From: an uncultured delta proteobacterium
Lineage (GTDB): Bacteria > Desulfobacterota > Desulfobacteria > Desulfobacterales > JAFDCJ01
Length of the DNA: 64,000 bases
NCBI GenBank assembly: GCA_963769935.1
Contig: CAVYNY010000033.1
Coordinates: forward strand, 29,621 to 93,620
Direction of reading: 5' to 3'
A model generated the notes under the pieces. The model saw nothing but the letters and a program-made list of their open reading frames with translations. It did no database searches and was not told where the DNA came from. Shown in pieces: positions 39,712-51,050 of the stretch (the stretch's first letter is position 1; each line of letters opens with the position of its first letter). A program made the translations under genes and the position numbers.

Positions 39712-41067
39712 TTAATCATCTTCTTCTTCCGGTACGAATTTGCTTATAAACCCGGTATCGAAATCCCCTTTGCGAAAAAAAGGATCCTCCATAATTTTGC
39801 GATAAAGCGGTATGGTCGTTTTCAACGGCGAGATAATGCATTCTTCAAGCGCTCTTTTCATTATCGCAATGGCTCCGTCGCGGGTGAGATCGTAAGACAC
39901 CAGCTTTGCAATGAGCGAATCATAGTAAATCGGCAGTTCATACCCCTGATACAGGTGGCTGTCCAGGCGCACGCCATAGCCGCCCGGCGGCCGGTATTTC
40001 TCGACGGTTCCGGGAGAAGGTAAAAAGTTGCGGTCCGGGTCTTCGGCATTGATGCGGCATTCGATCGCCCACCCCCGTTTGTTCAGATCGTCAAAGGTAT
40101 AGTCGATGCTGCCGCCCGCCGCAAGGCGTATCTGTTCCTTGACCAGATCGATCCCGGTAGTTAATTCGGTTACCGGATGTTCTACCTGTATGCGCGCATT
40201 CACTTCCATAAAATAAAAATTGCCGTTCGGGGCCAGAAGAAATTCAATCGTGCCGGCGTTAGAATAATCCAGGGCCGCCGCGGCGCGGATGGCCGCATTT
40301 CCCATGGCTTTTCTAAGTTCGGCCGTAAGCCCGGGGGAAGGGGACTCTTCAATAAGCTTTTGATAGCGTCGCTGGATAGTGCACTCCCGCTCGCCCAGAT
40401 GCGCAATATGGCCGAACTTGTCGGCCAGAATTTGAAATTCGATATGCCGGGGCTGTTGGATAAATTTTTCGATATAAAGCGCATCGTTTCCGAAGGCCGC
40501 TTTGGCTTCGGCTTGAGCGATGGGAAAATCCTCACGAAGCATTTCTGCGTCGGCACATATCCGGATGCCGCGGCCGCCGCCGCCGCCGGACGCTTTAATC
40601 ATTACCGGATACCCGATGCTGCTGCAATAAGGCAAGGCTTCTGCGAGACGGTTGGTGCCGGCCGGGCTGCCGGGAATTACCGGGATCCCGGCTTTTTCCA
40701 TTATTTTCTTAGCCGCCATTTTATCGCCGGCCAGCTGCAGGTTGGCAGGCGAAGGGCCGATGAACACGATCCCTCGCTCTTCACAAGCCCGGGCAAATTC
40801 CTCGTTTTCAGCCAGATATCCATAGCCGGGGTGGACGGCATCGGCCCCGCATTTCACGATGGCTTTTAAAATATTGGCGATATTCAGATAACTCGCGGCG
40901 CTCATGGGCGGGCCGATGCAAATCTGTTCATCCGCCAGCGTCAAGTGCAGGGATTTGTCGTCGGCTTCGGAATAAACAGCTGCGCTTTGTATCCCAAGCT
41001 CTTTGCAGGCACGGATGACCCTGAGGGCGATCTCGCCGCGATTGGCCACCAGTATCTTCTTGAACAT
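39712..41067 (-). CDS. accC: biotin carboxylase subunit
   Basis: KILVANRGEIA, HPGYG, GGGGRG, ERECTIQRRYQK, EVNARIQVEH, ECRINAED. Confidence 0.95.
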   Translation of the reverse strand: MFKKILVANRGEIALRVIRACKELGIQSAAVYSEADDKSLHLTLADEQICIGPPMSAASYLNIANILKAIVKCGADAVHPGYGYLAENEEFARACEERGIVFIGPSPANLQLAGDKMAAKKIMEKAGIPVIPGSPAGTNRLAEALPYCSSIGYPVMIKASGGGGGRGIRICADAEMLREDFPIAQAEAKAAFGNDALYIEKFIQQPRHIEFQILADKFGHIAHLGERECTIQRRYQKLIEESPSPGLTAELRKAMGNAAIRAAAALDYSNAGTIEFLLAPNGNFYFMEVNARIQVEHPVTELTTGIDLVKEQIRLAAGGSIDYTFDDLNKRGWAIECRINAEDPDRNFLPSPGTVEKYRPPGGYGVRLDSHLYQGYELPIYYDSLIAKLVSYDLTRDGAIAIMKRALEECIISPLKTTIPLYRKIMEDPFFRKGDFDTGFISKFVPEEEDD

Positions 41068-41120
41068 TGCGGTATCCCTTGTGTTTTGAGCAACTTTCTC
41101 CTGCCGCGATTTATTAAAAG

Positions 41121-41375
41121 CTAAATTCCTACTTCAATTACAAATATCAAATCATCATCTTTCAAGGGAGATTGATTCTCGACTGCGATTTGCACGACTT
41201 TGCCGTCTACGGGGGACTTGATTTTCTGGTACACCTTCATTGTTTCAAGCAAAGCCAGCACCTGTTTCTTTTTGACCGTGTCTCCAATTTCTACGTACGG
41301 GGGGTCGGCCGGGCCGGGCCGGCGATAAAACACCCCGGACATGGGCGCTCTCACTTCTACTCTTTTTGCCGCCAT
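41121..41375 (-). CDS. accB: stand-alone biotin carboxyl carrier protein
   Basis: VRAPMSGVFY, ETMK biotinylation motif, 84 aa. Confidence 0.92.
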   Translation of the reverse strand: MAAKRVEVRAPMSGVFYRRPGPADPPYVEIGDTVKKKQVLALLETMKVYQKIKSPVDGKVVQIAVENQSPLKDDDLIFVIEVGI

Positions 41376-41665
41376 CTTATTTCATCTCCTTTTCCAATTA
41401 TTGAATATATATTATCACAACTCCTGATTAACTTGAATCTGCGCTCATGAGTCGTGAGCCTAAAAATATATTCATCACGAAAGCACGAAAGATGGAAACC
41501 ACGAAAAGGGGCGGTTTATTTTAGATTTTATTTCGTGCTTTTATTTTCGTATTTTCGTGATTGGCTGTTATTTTTTAAGTTTTTCTCACGAATAACTCAA
41601 ACGCTCCGAGTCCGAGTCAGATGCTGACAATTGACAACGAACAATCGGCAAACAACATTTCCCAA

Positions 41666-43222
41666 TTAAGTTGGCGCGGTTCCGTGATTCTTCGCGCGCG
41701 CGGGCAGTTTTTCCACCTTGTTTTTCGTCAACGCCAGGGCTTCGATAATTTTTTTGCGCGTCTCGCCGGGTAAAATAATTTCATCAATCATTTGGGCCGT
41801 CCAGCTAAGGGCCGTGCCATAGACATCGACGATTTCTCTTGACCGGCTAAGATAGGATTCATAGGCGTCTTCTTCGATGCCCAGCCGGTAATTTTTTCGG
41901 TAATCCAGATCGGAGGCCTCAACACCAAATCTGGCGGTAGGCCAGGCATAGGTCAAATCCGCTCCCATGCTCTTGGGAATTCCCATGATCATGCCGCCGG
42001 CGTCGGCAAAGGCCTGCCGCAAAACGATGCTGATCTTGGGGACGGTCGCCGTGGCATAGGCGTCCACGATTTTGCCGATATGCCTCAGCAGGCCTCGGGC
42101 CTCCTGATTTTCGCCCGGAACTCGCTGCGGTGTGTCTACCAGATTGACCAGGGGAATGTTGTATGCATCCAAAACCTGCAGAAATCGGTAGTATTTGTCG
42201 CAGGAGTTAATCTCCAGAATACTTCCGGGATAACAGGGATTGCCGGCCACCAGTCCCACCACCTCACCATCAAATCTGCCGAAGCAGGCAATCAGGTTTT
42301 TGGCATATTGGTCTTTGATTTCAAAATAGTCTCCATCATCCACCAGTTCCTTGATGACCTCATGCATATCGTAAGTCCGGTCATATTCTTCGGGAACGAT
42401 ATCCATCAGTTGGTCCACGGACCGGTAAGGATCATCGCTTCTTTCCCAGGCCACCGGTCGTTCCCGGAAATTTTGAGGAAGGTAGCGGAGCAGCCGGCGG
42501 CATTTTGTAATGGTCTCTTTATCATCATCACCGACGACATCGCAGCTTCCGCTGAGCTGCATATGGTAGTCGGCACCGCCGACATTGCGATCGATAATCT
42601 CGGATGTAGCGGCCTGGGTCTGCCGCGGCCCGCCCAGCCACATGTTGGCGGAAACCCGGCTCATGAACAAAAAGTCGCACAGCGTCGGAAGATAGGCGCC
42701 GCCGGCAATGCAGGGTCCCATCAGCAGGGTAATCTGGGGGATGACGCCCGAATACAGGGACTGAATTCGAAAATACCAGTCAAAGCCGGCCAGGGCGACA
42801 TCTTCGTAGCCGAGCCGTCCTCCCGAGGAGTCCAGCAGATTGACCATCGGGATACCCCACCGGGCGGCCATTTCGAGGGGTTTGGCAAACTTGGCGATAT
42901 GCTGGGCACCGATTGAACCGCCTAAAACCGTAAAGTCGCTGGCATGGACCATAGTCAAACGGCCGTTCACCCGTCCGGTGCCGATAACGGCGCCGTCACA
43001 GGGCGCTTCGGGCAGGCGGCCGTCGATGCGCCGGCTGGTGGTGCCCACAAACGATCCAAGCTCGCTGAAGCTGCCGGGGTCAACCAGAATTTCGATTCGT
43101 TCCCGGGCCGTCAATTTGCCGCGGTCGTGCTGCCGTTCGATATGTTTGGTTCCACCGCCCAGAAGATTTTTCTCTTTAATCGCATTGTAGCGCGTGATAG
43201 CGTCATTCATGCGGTTGCCCAT
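41666..43222 (-). CDS. acyl-CoA carboxylase carboxyltransferase subunit A
   Basis: GKLTARERI, DFTVLGGS, GPCIAGGAY; C-domain motifs atypical (DTPQRVPG, AFADAGG). Confidence 0.92.
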   Translation of the reverse strand: MGNRMNDAITRYNAIKEKNLLGGGTKHIERQHDRGKLTARERIEILVDPGSFSELGSFVGTTSRRIDGRLPEAPCDGAVIGTGRVNGRLTMVHASDFTVLGGSIGAQHIAKFAKPLEMAARWGIPMVNLLDSSGGRLGYEDVALAGFDWYFRIQSLYSGVIPQITLLMGPCIAGGAYLPTLCDFLFMSRVSANMWLGGPRQTQAATSEIIDRNVGGADYHMQLSGSCDVVGDDDKETITKCRRLLRYLPQNFRERPVAWERSDDPYRSVDQLMDIVPEEYDRTYDMHEVIKELVDDGDYFEIKDQYAKNLIACFGRFDGEVVGLVAGNPCYPGSILEINSCDKYYRFLQVLDAYNIPLVNLVDTPQRVPGENQEARGLLRHIGKIVDAYATATVPKISIVLRQAFADAGGMIMGIPKSMGADLTYAWPTARFGVEASDLDYRKNYRLGIEEDAYESYLSRSREIVDVYGTALSWTAQMIDEIILPGETRKKIIEALALTKNKVEKLPARAKNHGTAPT

Positions 43223-43447
43223 GATAATTTCCTCTATCTTTTTTGTTAGTTATCTTTATTTTCATTGCACTCTATTCCAAGCACCAAATTCCAAATAAAT
43301 TCCAAATTTCAATACTCAATGACCAAAACTGGTTTAGTGGAGTGGTTTGAGATTTTGAATTTAGGTCATTGGTATTTATTTGGTATTTGTGATTTGTGAT
43401 TTGATATTTGTAATTTGGACTATTCCATCACTCCAGCCTCTCTCCTT

Positions 43448-44999
43448 TTAGGCCGGTTTAATATATCTCTTCTTTTCCGGCACTTTTTCGGATTTATTGC
43501 GGCAGGCGCGCAGGGCCTTGATGATCCTCGACCGGGTTTTTCGGGGGTCGATTACTTCATGCACCGTGTAGTAGGTCGTAAACATTTTTCCCATGGTCAT
43601 GACGCTGAACTGCTCCTTCAGGATGCTCAGAAAAAAGTTGTATACCTCTTCATATTTGCCTTCCTGCCGGGCTTTGTCCAGCTCCTTGTGGAAAACGGCC
43701 TGTACGATGGATTCCGGTCCGGTGGGGGCAAATTCGGCAGACGGCCAGCCATAAATGAAATCAGGGCCCATTTTGCTGCAGCCCATGACGATATTTGAGC
43801 CGCCGTAGGAGCGTCGCAACACCAGCGTGACTTTTGGATTTGTCAGATGTGAATAGCCGTGCAGGTTTTTAGCGCCGTGCCGGATGACCCCCAACCGCTC
43901 CCATTTGTCCCCGGGCGGAAAGGCGGGGGTGTCCGATATGGTCAGAAGGGGGATATTAAAGGCATCCAGAAACATGATGAAACGATCATACTTGTCCGAT
44001 GAATCCGGCTCCATGATGCCGCTGAGTTCATCCGGATTGCTGGCGGCGATGCCGGCCACCATGCCGTCAAACCTGGCGAAACCGGTAATCATATTGGGGG
44101 CGAAGTCCGCTTTCAATTCAAAGAAGTCGCCGTTGTCGACGATCAGGTCGATGATTTCATGGATATCGTACGTGAATTTCGGGTCTTCAGGCATGACGTC
44201 CAGCAAGGCTTCTTCAGACCGTTCCGGATCATCTGTGGCCTCGATTGCAGGCGGCTTTGCCCAGCAATTTTCCGGCATAAATGCCAGCAGTTCCCTGGCC
44301 AGATCAATGGCCTGCTCGTCGCTTTCGGCGATCAGATCGCATTGGCCGGATTTTTCCATGTGGAATTGGGCCGATCCCGCCTCCGCGGACTCCATTTCAC
44401 CGCCCCACCACAAAAAGCCGGTTTTCGCATTGATAATCAGAAAATCGGACAAAACAGGTATCTGTGCGATTGGACCGGTGCAGGGCCCCAATACCATTGC
44501 AATTTGCGGAATAATACCGGAGTAAAGACAGTAGTTTCTAACCAAGTTGCCCCAGACCGTTTAACCCGACGTATCCCTTTTTAAAGCCGAATCTTGAACC
44601 GGCCGAATCGAATATGCCGATAACCGGCATCTGCTCCTGGCCGGCCATCCGGACCAGTTCGGCTATTTTCCAGACACCCTGATCGCCGATAGAACCCGAC
44701 ATAACCGTAAAATCCAGAGAGTAGACCATGACCGGCCGGCCCTGCATCCGGGCCGTCCCCATGATCACCCCATCGGAAGGGCTGGGCTTCGGTTCTCCAT
44801 CCAGGCCCATACGAAACTCCCTTACCAGCGAGCCGATTTCCTCGAAAGTTCCCTGATCGGCCAAGCGCTCAATTCTCTCCCTGGCAGTCAGTTTGCCAAG
44901 CTGATGCTGGATATCAATGCGCTGCGGTCCGCCGGCTGCAAGGTTTTCCCGTCGATTGGCGGCCAGCTTCTCTAAATAGCCGTCCATCCATTTTCCCAT
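43448..44999 (-). CDS. acyl-CoA carboxylase carboxyltransferase subunit B, 1-nt frameshift at ~44545
   Basis: GKLTARERI and DFTVMSGS, then after the shift GPCTGPIAQ, DTPAFPPG and RRSYGGS. Confidence 0.88.
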
Positions 45000-45312
45000 G
45001 ATGAAACCCTCCGGATGATTTAGTTTATTGAGTTCGTTGAGTTCGTTGAGTTTATTGAGTTGAATGGTTGATTGGGTTGACTGGTTTAAATAGATATTAT
45101 TCTCTTGCTGTAATCAATTAACCAGCCCGTAAAGCCATCAGCTTCTCTCCCTAACAATCATTATTTGATTTACCTAAGTAGCTTGAATCAAACATAAATA
45201 AAAAATGCGCAGCATTAAAATAATTAATCCGCGAGTCCTGCTATCAAAAAAGCTACTTCAGTATCATAGTGTAACAATGAACTGTATCCTCCTATCTTCC
45301 AATGCGGATTAA

Positions 45313-45939
45313 TTATTGCGGATTAATTATTCCTTTGAAAAAAAATTCGCACAGCTGCTCGGTGAGGTCGTCGGGATCGATATCGCGGCCGAAAGTGATT
45401 CCCGATAGGCAGACCTGTTCGATACTGCCAAGTATGCCGTGGCGGATCAGCTTTGATGAGATGTCATTTCTTATTTCATGGTTCTGAATGCCCTCGTCAA
45501 TTATTTTCAAGACAATATCACTGTATTCTTTTACCCGTTCATAGGTTTCACTTTTATAGTAGTCCGGGTAGTTGCGCACCTCAATCAGAAGGATTTTGGC
45601 AAATACTCTGTTGGTGGCATATACATTGATATGCGACCAGACGAGCTTGCGCAGCTTGTTCAATGCCCCCTTGATCCCCTTCAGGTCCTGGATAATCTGG
45701 GCGCGGTACTGTTCGAGATAGTCGCATAGAATCTGGTGCAGCAAATCCCGCTTGTCTTTAAAATATTTATAAATGAGCGCTTCGGTGACACCTGCGGTTT
45801 TTGCTATTTCGGCGGTGGTAATGGCGCCGAAATCTTTTTCTGCAAGCAGCTTTTTCAGCGATGCGACGATTTTTACCCGCCCCGGAGGCGGGGGGCGTCC
45901 CTTTGAAGTCCTTACCGTATTATTGGCCGCCGTCGGCAT
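45313..45939 (-). CDS. TetR/AcrR family regulator
   Basis: ITTAEIAKTAGVTEALIYKYFKDK helix-turn-helix. Confidence 0.93.
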   Translation of the reverse strand: MPTAANNTVRTSKGRPPPPGRVKIVASLKKLLAEKDFGAITTAEIAKTAGVTEALIYKYFKDKRDLLHQILCDYLEQYRAQIIQDLKGIKGALNKLRKLVWSHINVYATNRVFAKILLIEVRNYPDYYKSETYERVKEYSDIVLKIIDEGIQNHEIRNDISSKLIRHGILGSIEQVCLSGITFGRDIDPDDLTEQLCEFFFKGIINPQ

Positions 45940-46245
45940 GGTAGGATCCTCTCTATGATTCGTTTAGATGGATTAGATGGTTTTGATCGTCCCGATGAAA
46001 TTCGCTACGCTGATACTTCGTATATTTCATTGGATAAATTGGGATCGTTGTGATCGCTCATAGTTCATAGTTGATAGGTAAAAGGTAAAAGGCTAAGCTA
46101 GGCTAAAGGTAAAAAGTAATACTTCACGCTATGCGCTTTGCTCCATGCCCCATGCACCTTCCACATTGCTCCATTTTGCCTGCCTTCCTACCCTCTCAGC
46201 TTCTGATCTCCTGCTCTTCCTACATTCTGCCCTCTGCCCTTTCAA

Positions 46246-47418
46246 TCAGTACCCCTCCATCTTGGCAATGACCTCCCGCATCACCTCATCCGCCCCGCCG
46301 CCGATTGCCAATCCGCGCGCATCCCGGTAGTATCTTGAGATGAGCATTTCATTCATAAATCCAAGCCCGCCATACATCTGTAGACATCCGTCGGCCACTT
46401 TATTAGCGCTTGACTGGCAATTAGTTTGCCCATGGATATTTCGCGGGTGGCATCCAGCCCGGCCTGCTTTCATTCTGACAATATGATAGATCAACTGTTG
46501 CAGGCACTCGATTTCCGTCAGCCAATCGGCCAAGCCTGTGTCTGAGCACCTGTCTGGCAATTAAGGGCTTGCCGAAGACCACCCTTTGCCGGATGTGTTC
46601 CAAGCGTCATGTCGATGATGTCTCTGGCAGCAGTGCAGGCGAACGGCAGCAAAGAAAAGCGTTCGTGCTGAAACTGCATCATCTGATAAATAAAGCCTTC
46701 GTTCTCTTTGCCGATAAGATTGGACGCGGGTATTCTCAGATTGTCAAAAAACAATTCAGCCGTATCACTGATCCGAATGCCCAGTTTATCCAATTTTCGG
46801 CTGACGGTGAAACCGGGTAAATCGGTCGGCACGACAAACAAGCTGAAGGAATGATAGCCGGGTTCCTCGCTGGTTCTGGCCAACAGCGTCAGGAAGTCCG
46901 CCTGGGTGCCGTTGGTAATATATATTTTGGTGCCGTTGATGACGTAATTGCCGCCGTCTTTTTCAGCCGTGGTTTGGATGGCGCCTACATCCGATCCGGC
47001 CCCCGGCTCGGTGACGGCAATTGCACCGACCATGTCGCCGGCGATGGCCGGCTCTCAAATAGGCTTCTTTCAGATATTCACTGCCGAACTCATAAATGGC
47101 GGGAGTTGCCATGTGCGTCTGCACGGTAATTGCTACCGACAGGCCAAGGGCCTTGATGTGGCCCAGCTCCTCGAGAAAAACGGTGTCATACCAGTAGTCC
47201 AATCCCTGACCGCCGTAGGCGGAATCATAGCGAATCCCGAGGAAACCAAGGCGGCCCATTTTTTTGAATAGGTCTTTCAGCGGAGCGATGCCATCTGCTT
47301 CCCATTGATCCACATTGGGATTAATTTCTTTTTTTACAAAATCGCTCACCGCCCGGCGCACCCGATCGTGTTCCTTGGTGAAGTAGATGCTGTTGGTGGT
47401 TTTATCTTTTTTCTTCAT
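46246..47418 (-). CDS. acyl-CoA dehydrogenase (AtuD-like), split by at least three frameshifts
   Basis: AIAVTEPGAGSDV, NGTKIYITNG, DTAELFFD, LQMYGGLG and IGGGADEVM spread across four ORFs; close paralogue of 48072-49241. Confidence 0.85.
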
Positions 47419-48071
47419 CTTAAAATTCCGTGGTTTGCTGAATGAAGTATATTTCTGTAATAAAGGTTTCAGGTGTCAGGTTTCAGGTGTCAGTATGAGT
47501 CAGCCTTTGTTTAGAGGGTTGAGATCGTTGAGATCGTTTTGTTCGTCCCTATCGGGAATTTCGCGGGATAAATTTTGATGGTTTAGAACGTTAGGATCGT
47601 TAAGATCGTTGATCCGCAATTCCCCATCCGAAATCCTCAAATCTTTTCTTCAATTCCCTCTCTGTACACAACAGCGGATTTCACCTCTTGTTATAGCAAC
47701 GAAGGTGCTCATAAAGCGCAGTGCTTCTTTAACGAATTGCTCCTAACCTTACGCTCATTGCGCTATGCGCTATGCCCACCCTTCGATATTCCACGGTTCG
47801 CAGCGGAATACCTGACACCTCATATGAAACTACATCTCACACAGAGCGCTCGGAGATCACAGAGGTCTGGGTTTACAGGCGCCTGCGGCGAAAGAAAAAT
47901 GTTCTCTGCGGTCTCTGTGAGCTCTAACGGCTTGTCGGGTCGTAGCTCGAAGAGCGAAGCCTGAAAGTGGGCGTGATATTAAATCCAACCGTGTCCGATT
48001 TCCAAAAGTTTCTTTTATGATCAGACCGGCCGTTGTTTTGGCCGGCGGCGGCGCTGACACCTGAAACCTAC

Positions 48072-49241
48072 TCATCCGAGCTCCAACTTCGCGATTATTT
48101 CCCGCATAATTTCATCACTGCCGCCGCCGATGGATATTAATTTGGCATCCCGATAGCATCTCGAAATCAGCATCTCTTCCATAAAGCCCAGTCCGCCATA
48201 CATCTGCAGGCATCCATCGGCCACTTTTTGAATGACACGGGCGGCGTAGAGCTTGCCCATGGAGACTTCCCGGGTAACATCGAGGCCGGCTTCCTTCATC
48301 CTGACAATGTGGTAAGTAAGCTGCCGCAAGCCTTCAATTTCCGTCTGCCAGTCCACCAGCCGGTGTCGCAATACCTGTCTGCCGATCAAAGGCTTTCCGA
48401 AAACGATTCGCTGCCGGATGTGCTCGACCGTCATCGCGATCATCTCTTCGGCCGCGATGTAGGACATCGGGATGGCCGAAAACCGCTCATGTTGAAACTG
48501 CTGCATCTGGTAAATGAATCCCTCACCTTCTTTGCCGATCAGGTTTTCAGCCGGAATTCTCACATCATCAAAAAAAAGCTCGGCCGTGTCGCTGCTGCGC
48601 AGCCCCATTTTATTCAGCTTGCGGTTTACCTGAAATCCGGAAAGATCGGTGGGTACTACAAAAAGGCTGAACGAGTGGTATCCCGGATCATCGCTGGTTC
48701 TTGCCAGCAGGGTCAAAAAATCGGCCTGGGTTCCGTTGGTGATATACGTTTTGGAGCCGTTGATGACATATGCATCGCCGTCCTTGCGAGCTGAGGTCCG
48801 GATGGCGCTGACATCCGAACCGGCGTCGGGTTCGGTGACGGCAATGGCTGAAACCATATCGCCGGCAATGGCGGGTTTCAGGTAAGCCTCTTTTAAATAC
48901 TCACTGCCGAATTCGTTAATGGCCGGCGTTGCCATGTGGGTTTGAACCGCTATGGCCACCGGTAGGCCGAACCCGTGAATGCGGCCGAGCTCTTCTAAAA
49001 AAACGGTATCATACCAGTAATCCAGTCCTTCTCCGCCGTATTTCGAATCATAGCGAATTCCGAGAAATCCGAGATCGCCCATTTTCCTGAACAAATCGTG
49101 CAGCGGAGCTTCACCTTTCTCCTCCCATTCGTTCATGTAGGGATTGATTTCTTTATCCACAAACTCTCTCACGGCCTGGCGGACCATCTGATGGTCTTTG
49201 CTGAAATATATTTGCGTGGCGGATTTTGATTTGACAGCCAT
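48072..49241 (-). CDS. acyl-CoA dehydrogenase (LCAD/citronellyl-CoA dehydrogenase AtuD-like)
   Basis: AIAVTEPDAGSDV, NGSKTYITNG, QFQHER, IGGGSDEIM. Confidence 0.93.
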   Translation of the reverse strand: MAVKSKSATQIYFSKDHQMVRQAVREFVDKEINPYMNEWEEKGEAPLHDLFRKMGDLGFLGIRYDSKYGGEGLDYWYDTVFLEELGRIHGFGLPVAIAVQTHMATPAINEFGSEYLKEAYLKPAIAGDMVSAIAVTEPDAGSDVSAIRTSARKDGDAYVINGSKTYITNGTQADFLTLLARTSDDPGYHSFSLFVVPTDLSGFQVNRKLNKMGLRSSDTAELFFDDVRIPAENLIGKEGEGFIYQMQQFQHERFSAIPMSYIAAEEMIAMTVEHIRQRIVFGKPLIGRQVLRHRLVDWQTEIEGLRQLTYHIVRMKEAGLDVTREVSMGKLYAARVIQKVADGCLQMYGGLGFMEEMLISRCYRDAKLISIGGGSDEIMREIIAKLELG

Positions 49242-49410
49242 GTACTGCCTTTCAGGTAGTTTATGAGTTTATTGAGTTTACTGAGTTTATTGAGTTTGTC
49301 GGGTAGATTAGTAAGCCGGGGTTGATTGTAAATAGATAGCACTTTACTCAACTACTCGACCAATCAACTTTTTTCCCAACTTCCAATCTTCTCAATTTCT
49401 CATCTTGCCT

Positions 49411-50181
49411 TTATTTCTTTTGCTTCGCCTCCAGGAACATACTTACGATTGCTTTGTGTTCCGGAGTCTGCAAGGCAATCGACTGGTGGGCGGCTTCCAG
49501 GTCAAGTATCTCTTTGAGGGACAGGTCAAAACTCTTTTCGAGTCCCTCCTTGATCAATCGCAGGGCCAGCGGCGGCTTTTGCGACAAGGTGGCGGCCAGG
49601 CTTTCTACTTCCTTTTCGAGGGCTTCTTCGGGAACGGATTTGTATACAAGACCGATAGCGGCAGCCGTTCGGCCGTCGATTTCGTTTCCGAGCATGGCCA
49701 ATTCCCTGGCTTTGGCCAGGCCGACGAGGCGCGGCAGAAAATAGTGACCACCGTAATCCATGACAGCCCCAATGTTTATAAAGATCTCACAAAACCTTGC
49801 GGTTTCTGCTGCGATGACAAAGTCCGCCGCCAGGGCCAGATTCGCGCCACCGCCCACGGCCACGCCTTTCAGCATGGTTATTACCGGTTGCGGCATTTCA
49901 CGCAAAGTTGCTACAATTTGACCAACACCCTTCATCGCGGTGATCCATTCGTACGATGACGTATTCTCAGTGAAAAGGTTTAAATCCGCTCCCGAGCAAA
50001 AATGATCGCCGGCGCCTTTTAGAATCAGGACCTGGACGCCCTCATCCGATGCAATCTCCTGCACCGCATCACGCAATCCCATGATCATTTCCTTGCTCAT
50101 GGCATTCATCACCTTGGGGCGGTTTAAAATAATGGACGCTATCTTATCCTTTTTTTCGACAGTCAGATGTTTTGAGGTCAT
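49411..50181 (-). CDS. crotonase-family enoyl-CoA hydratase/isomerase (PaaG-like)
   Basis: FCSGADL, GGGANLALAADF, F.NIG...D.GG (Asp-type, both canonical Glu residues absent). Confidence 0.88.
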   Translation of the reverse strand: MTSKHLTVEKKDKIASIILNRPKVMNAMSKEMIMGLRDAVQEIASDEGVQVLILKGAGDHFCSGADLNLFTENTSSYEWITAMKGVGQIVATLREMPQPVITMLKGVAVGGGANLALAADFVIAAETARFCEIFINIGAVMDYGGHYFLPRLVGLAKARELAMLGNEIDGRTAAAIGLVYKSVPEEALEKEVESLAATLSQKPPLALRLIKEGLEKSFDLSLKEILDLEAAHQSIALQTPEHKAIVSMFLEAKQKK

Positions 50182-50470
50182 GAGTGTTTCTCCTTGAGAC
50201 AGATGAACTGAGTTAGTATTCAATTTGCAATCTTCAATATTCAATTATCCGCCCCTGGCGGAGACAGGTTAGTGATATTCACCAATTATGCCCAGCGTCA
50301 TAATTAATTTTGCACCAGCCTTGTTTGCAGTGGAATTTTAAACTCGGCCGCAGAGTGGCAAATATGCACGCTGTGTAGGCAGGCACAATGATTTGGATCG
50401 CTATTCAATAAATAAAAACGACACTTAATATTACATTTTGCGTAGGTTAATTTGGGTTAGTGAATATCAC

Positions 50471-50944
50471 TTATTGTGAATTTGTCAAGAAATTTTTCGA
50501 TGCGGCAATCATCAATCCGGCGTGATTCGCGAGTCTTGCACGGATCTTGCGGCGAAAGTGCCTGCCGGAAGGAGGTGATTGATAAAAGTAAAGATGCGAC
50601 CGGCAACCGCAGTCGGATGAGCCGAATCCCGGCAGCGGCATGGATGCGCCCCTTGTACCCGCGTGAATTTCAGCCCATTGATGTTCGCGTCGGATTGGAT
50701 CATAAGTATACCAGATTTCGTGGAGTCGTAATGCCGGCGCTAAGTAATCGATGTGCCAATGCGGTCGGCCGCTGCTTTTAAGATGGTGCCGGGTGCGTGC
50801 CTTCAGACCGCCCGGGCCGAAGGCACTGCCGATATAGACATAAAAACCGGGTTTAAGGAAGAGAGTGCCGAGTTTGCCGATCTTGACCGGTTTTTCAATA
50901 GAGGAGGAGAGGACCAGAGTATATGTGCCGGGGAGAGATTGCAT
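50471..50944 (-). CDS. GIY-YIG (Uri) superfamily nuclease, DUF123
   Basis: GTYTL, YVYIGSAFGPGG, HWHIDYL, GFGSSDC.C.SHL. Confidence 0.9.
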   Translation of the reverse strand: MQSLPGTYTLVLSSSIEKPVKIGKLGTLFLKPGFYVYIGSAFGPGGLKARTRHHLKSSGRPHWHIDYLAPALRLHEIWYTYDPIRREHQWAEIHAGTRGASMPLPGFGSSDCGCRSHLYFYQSPPSGRHFRRKIRARLANHAGLMIAASKNFLTNSQ

Positions 50945-51050
50945 AATATATGGATGGATTCTATTTTAATCCGTGAAATAGACAGGATTTACAGGATTAG
51001 TTGGATATTTTAAAAAGAACCCATTCCTTAACGAAATACGGAATAAGTGC

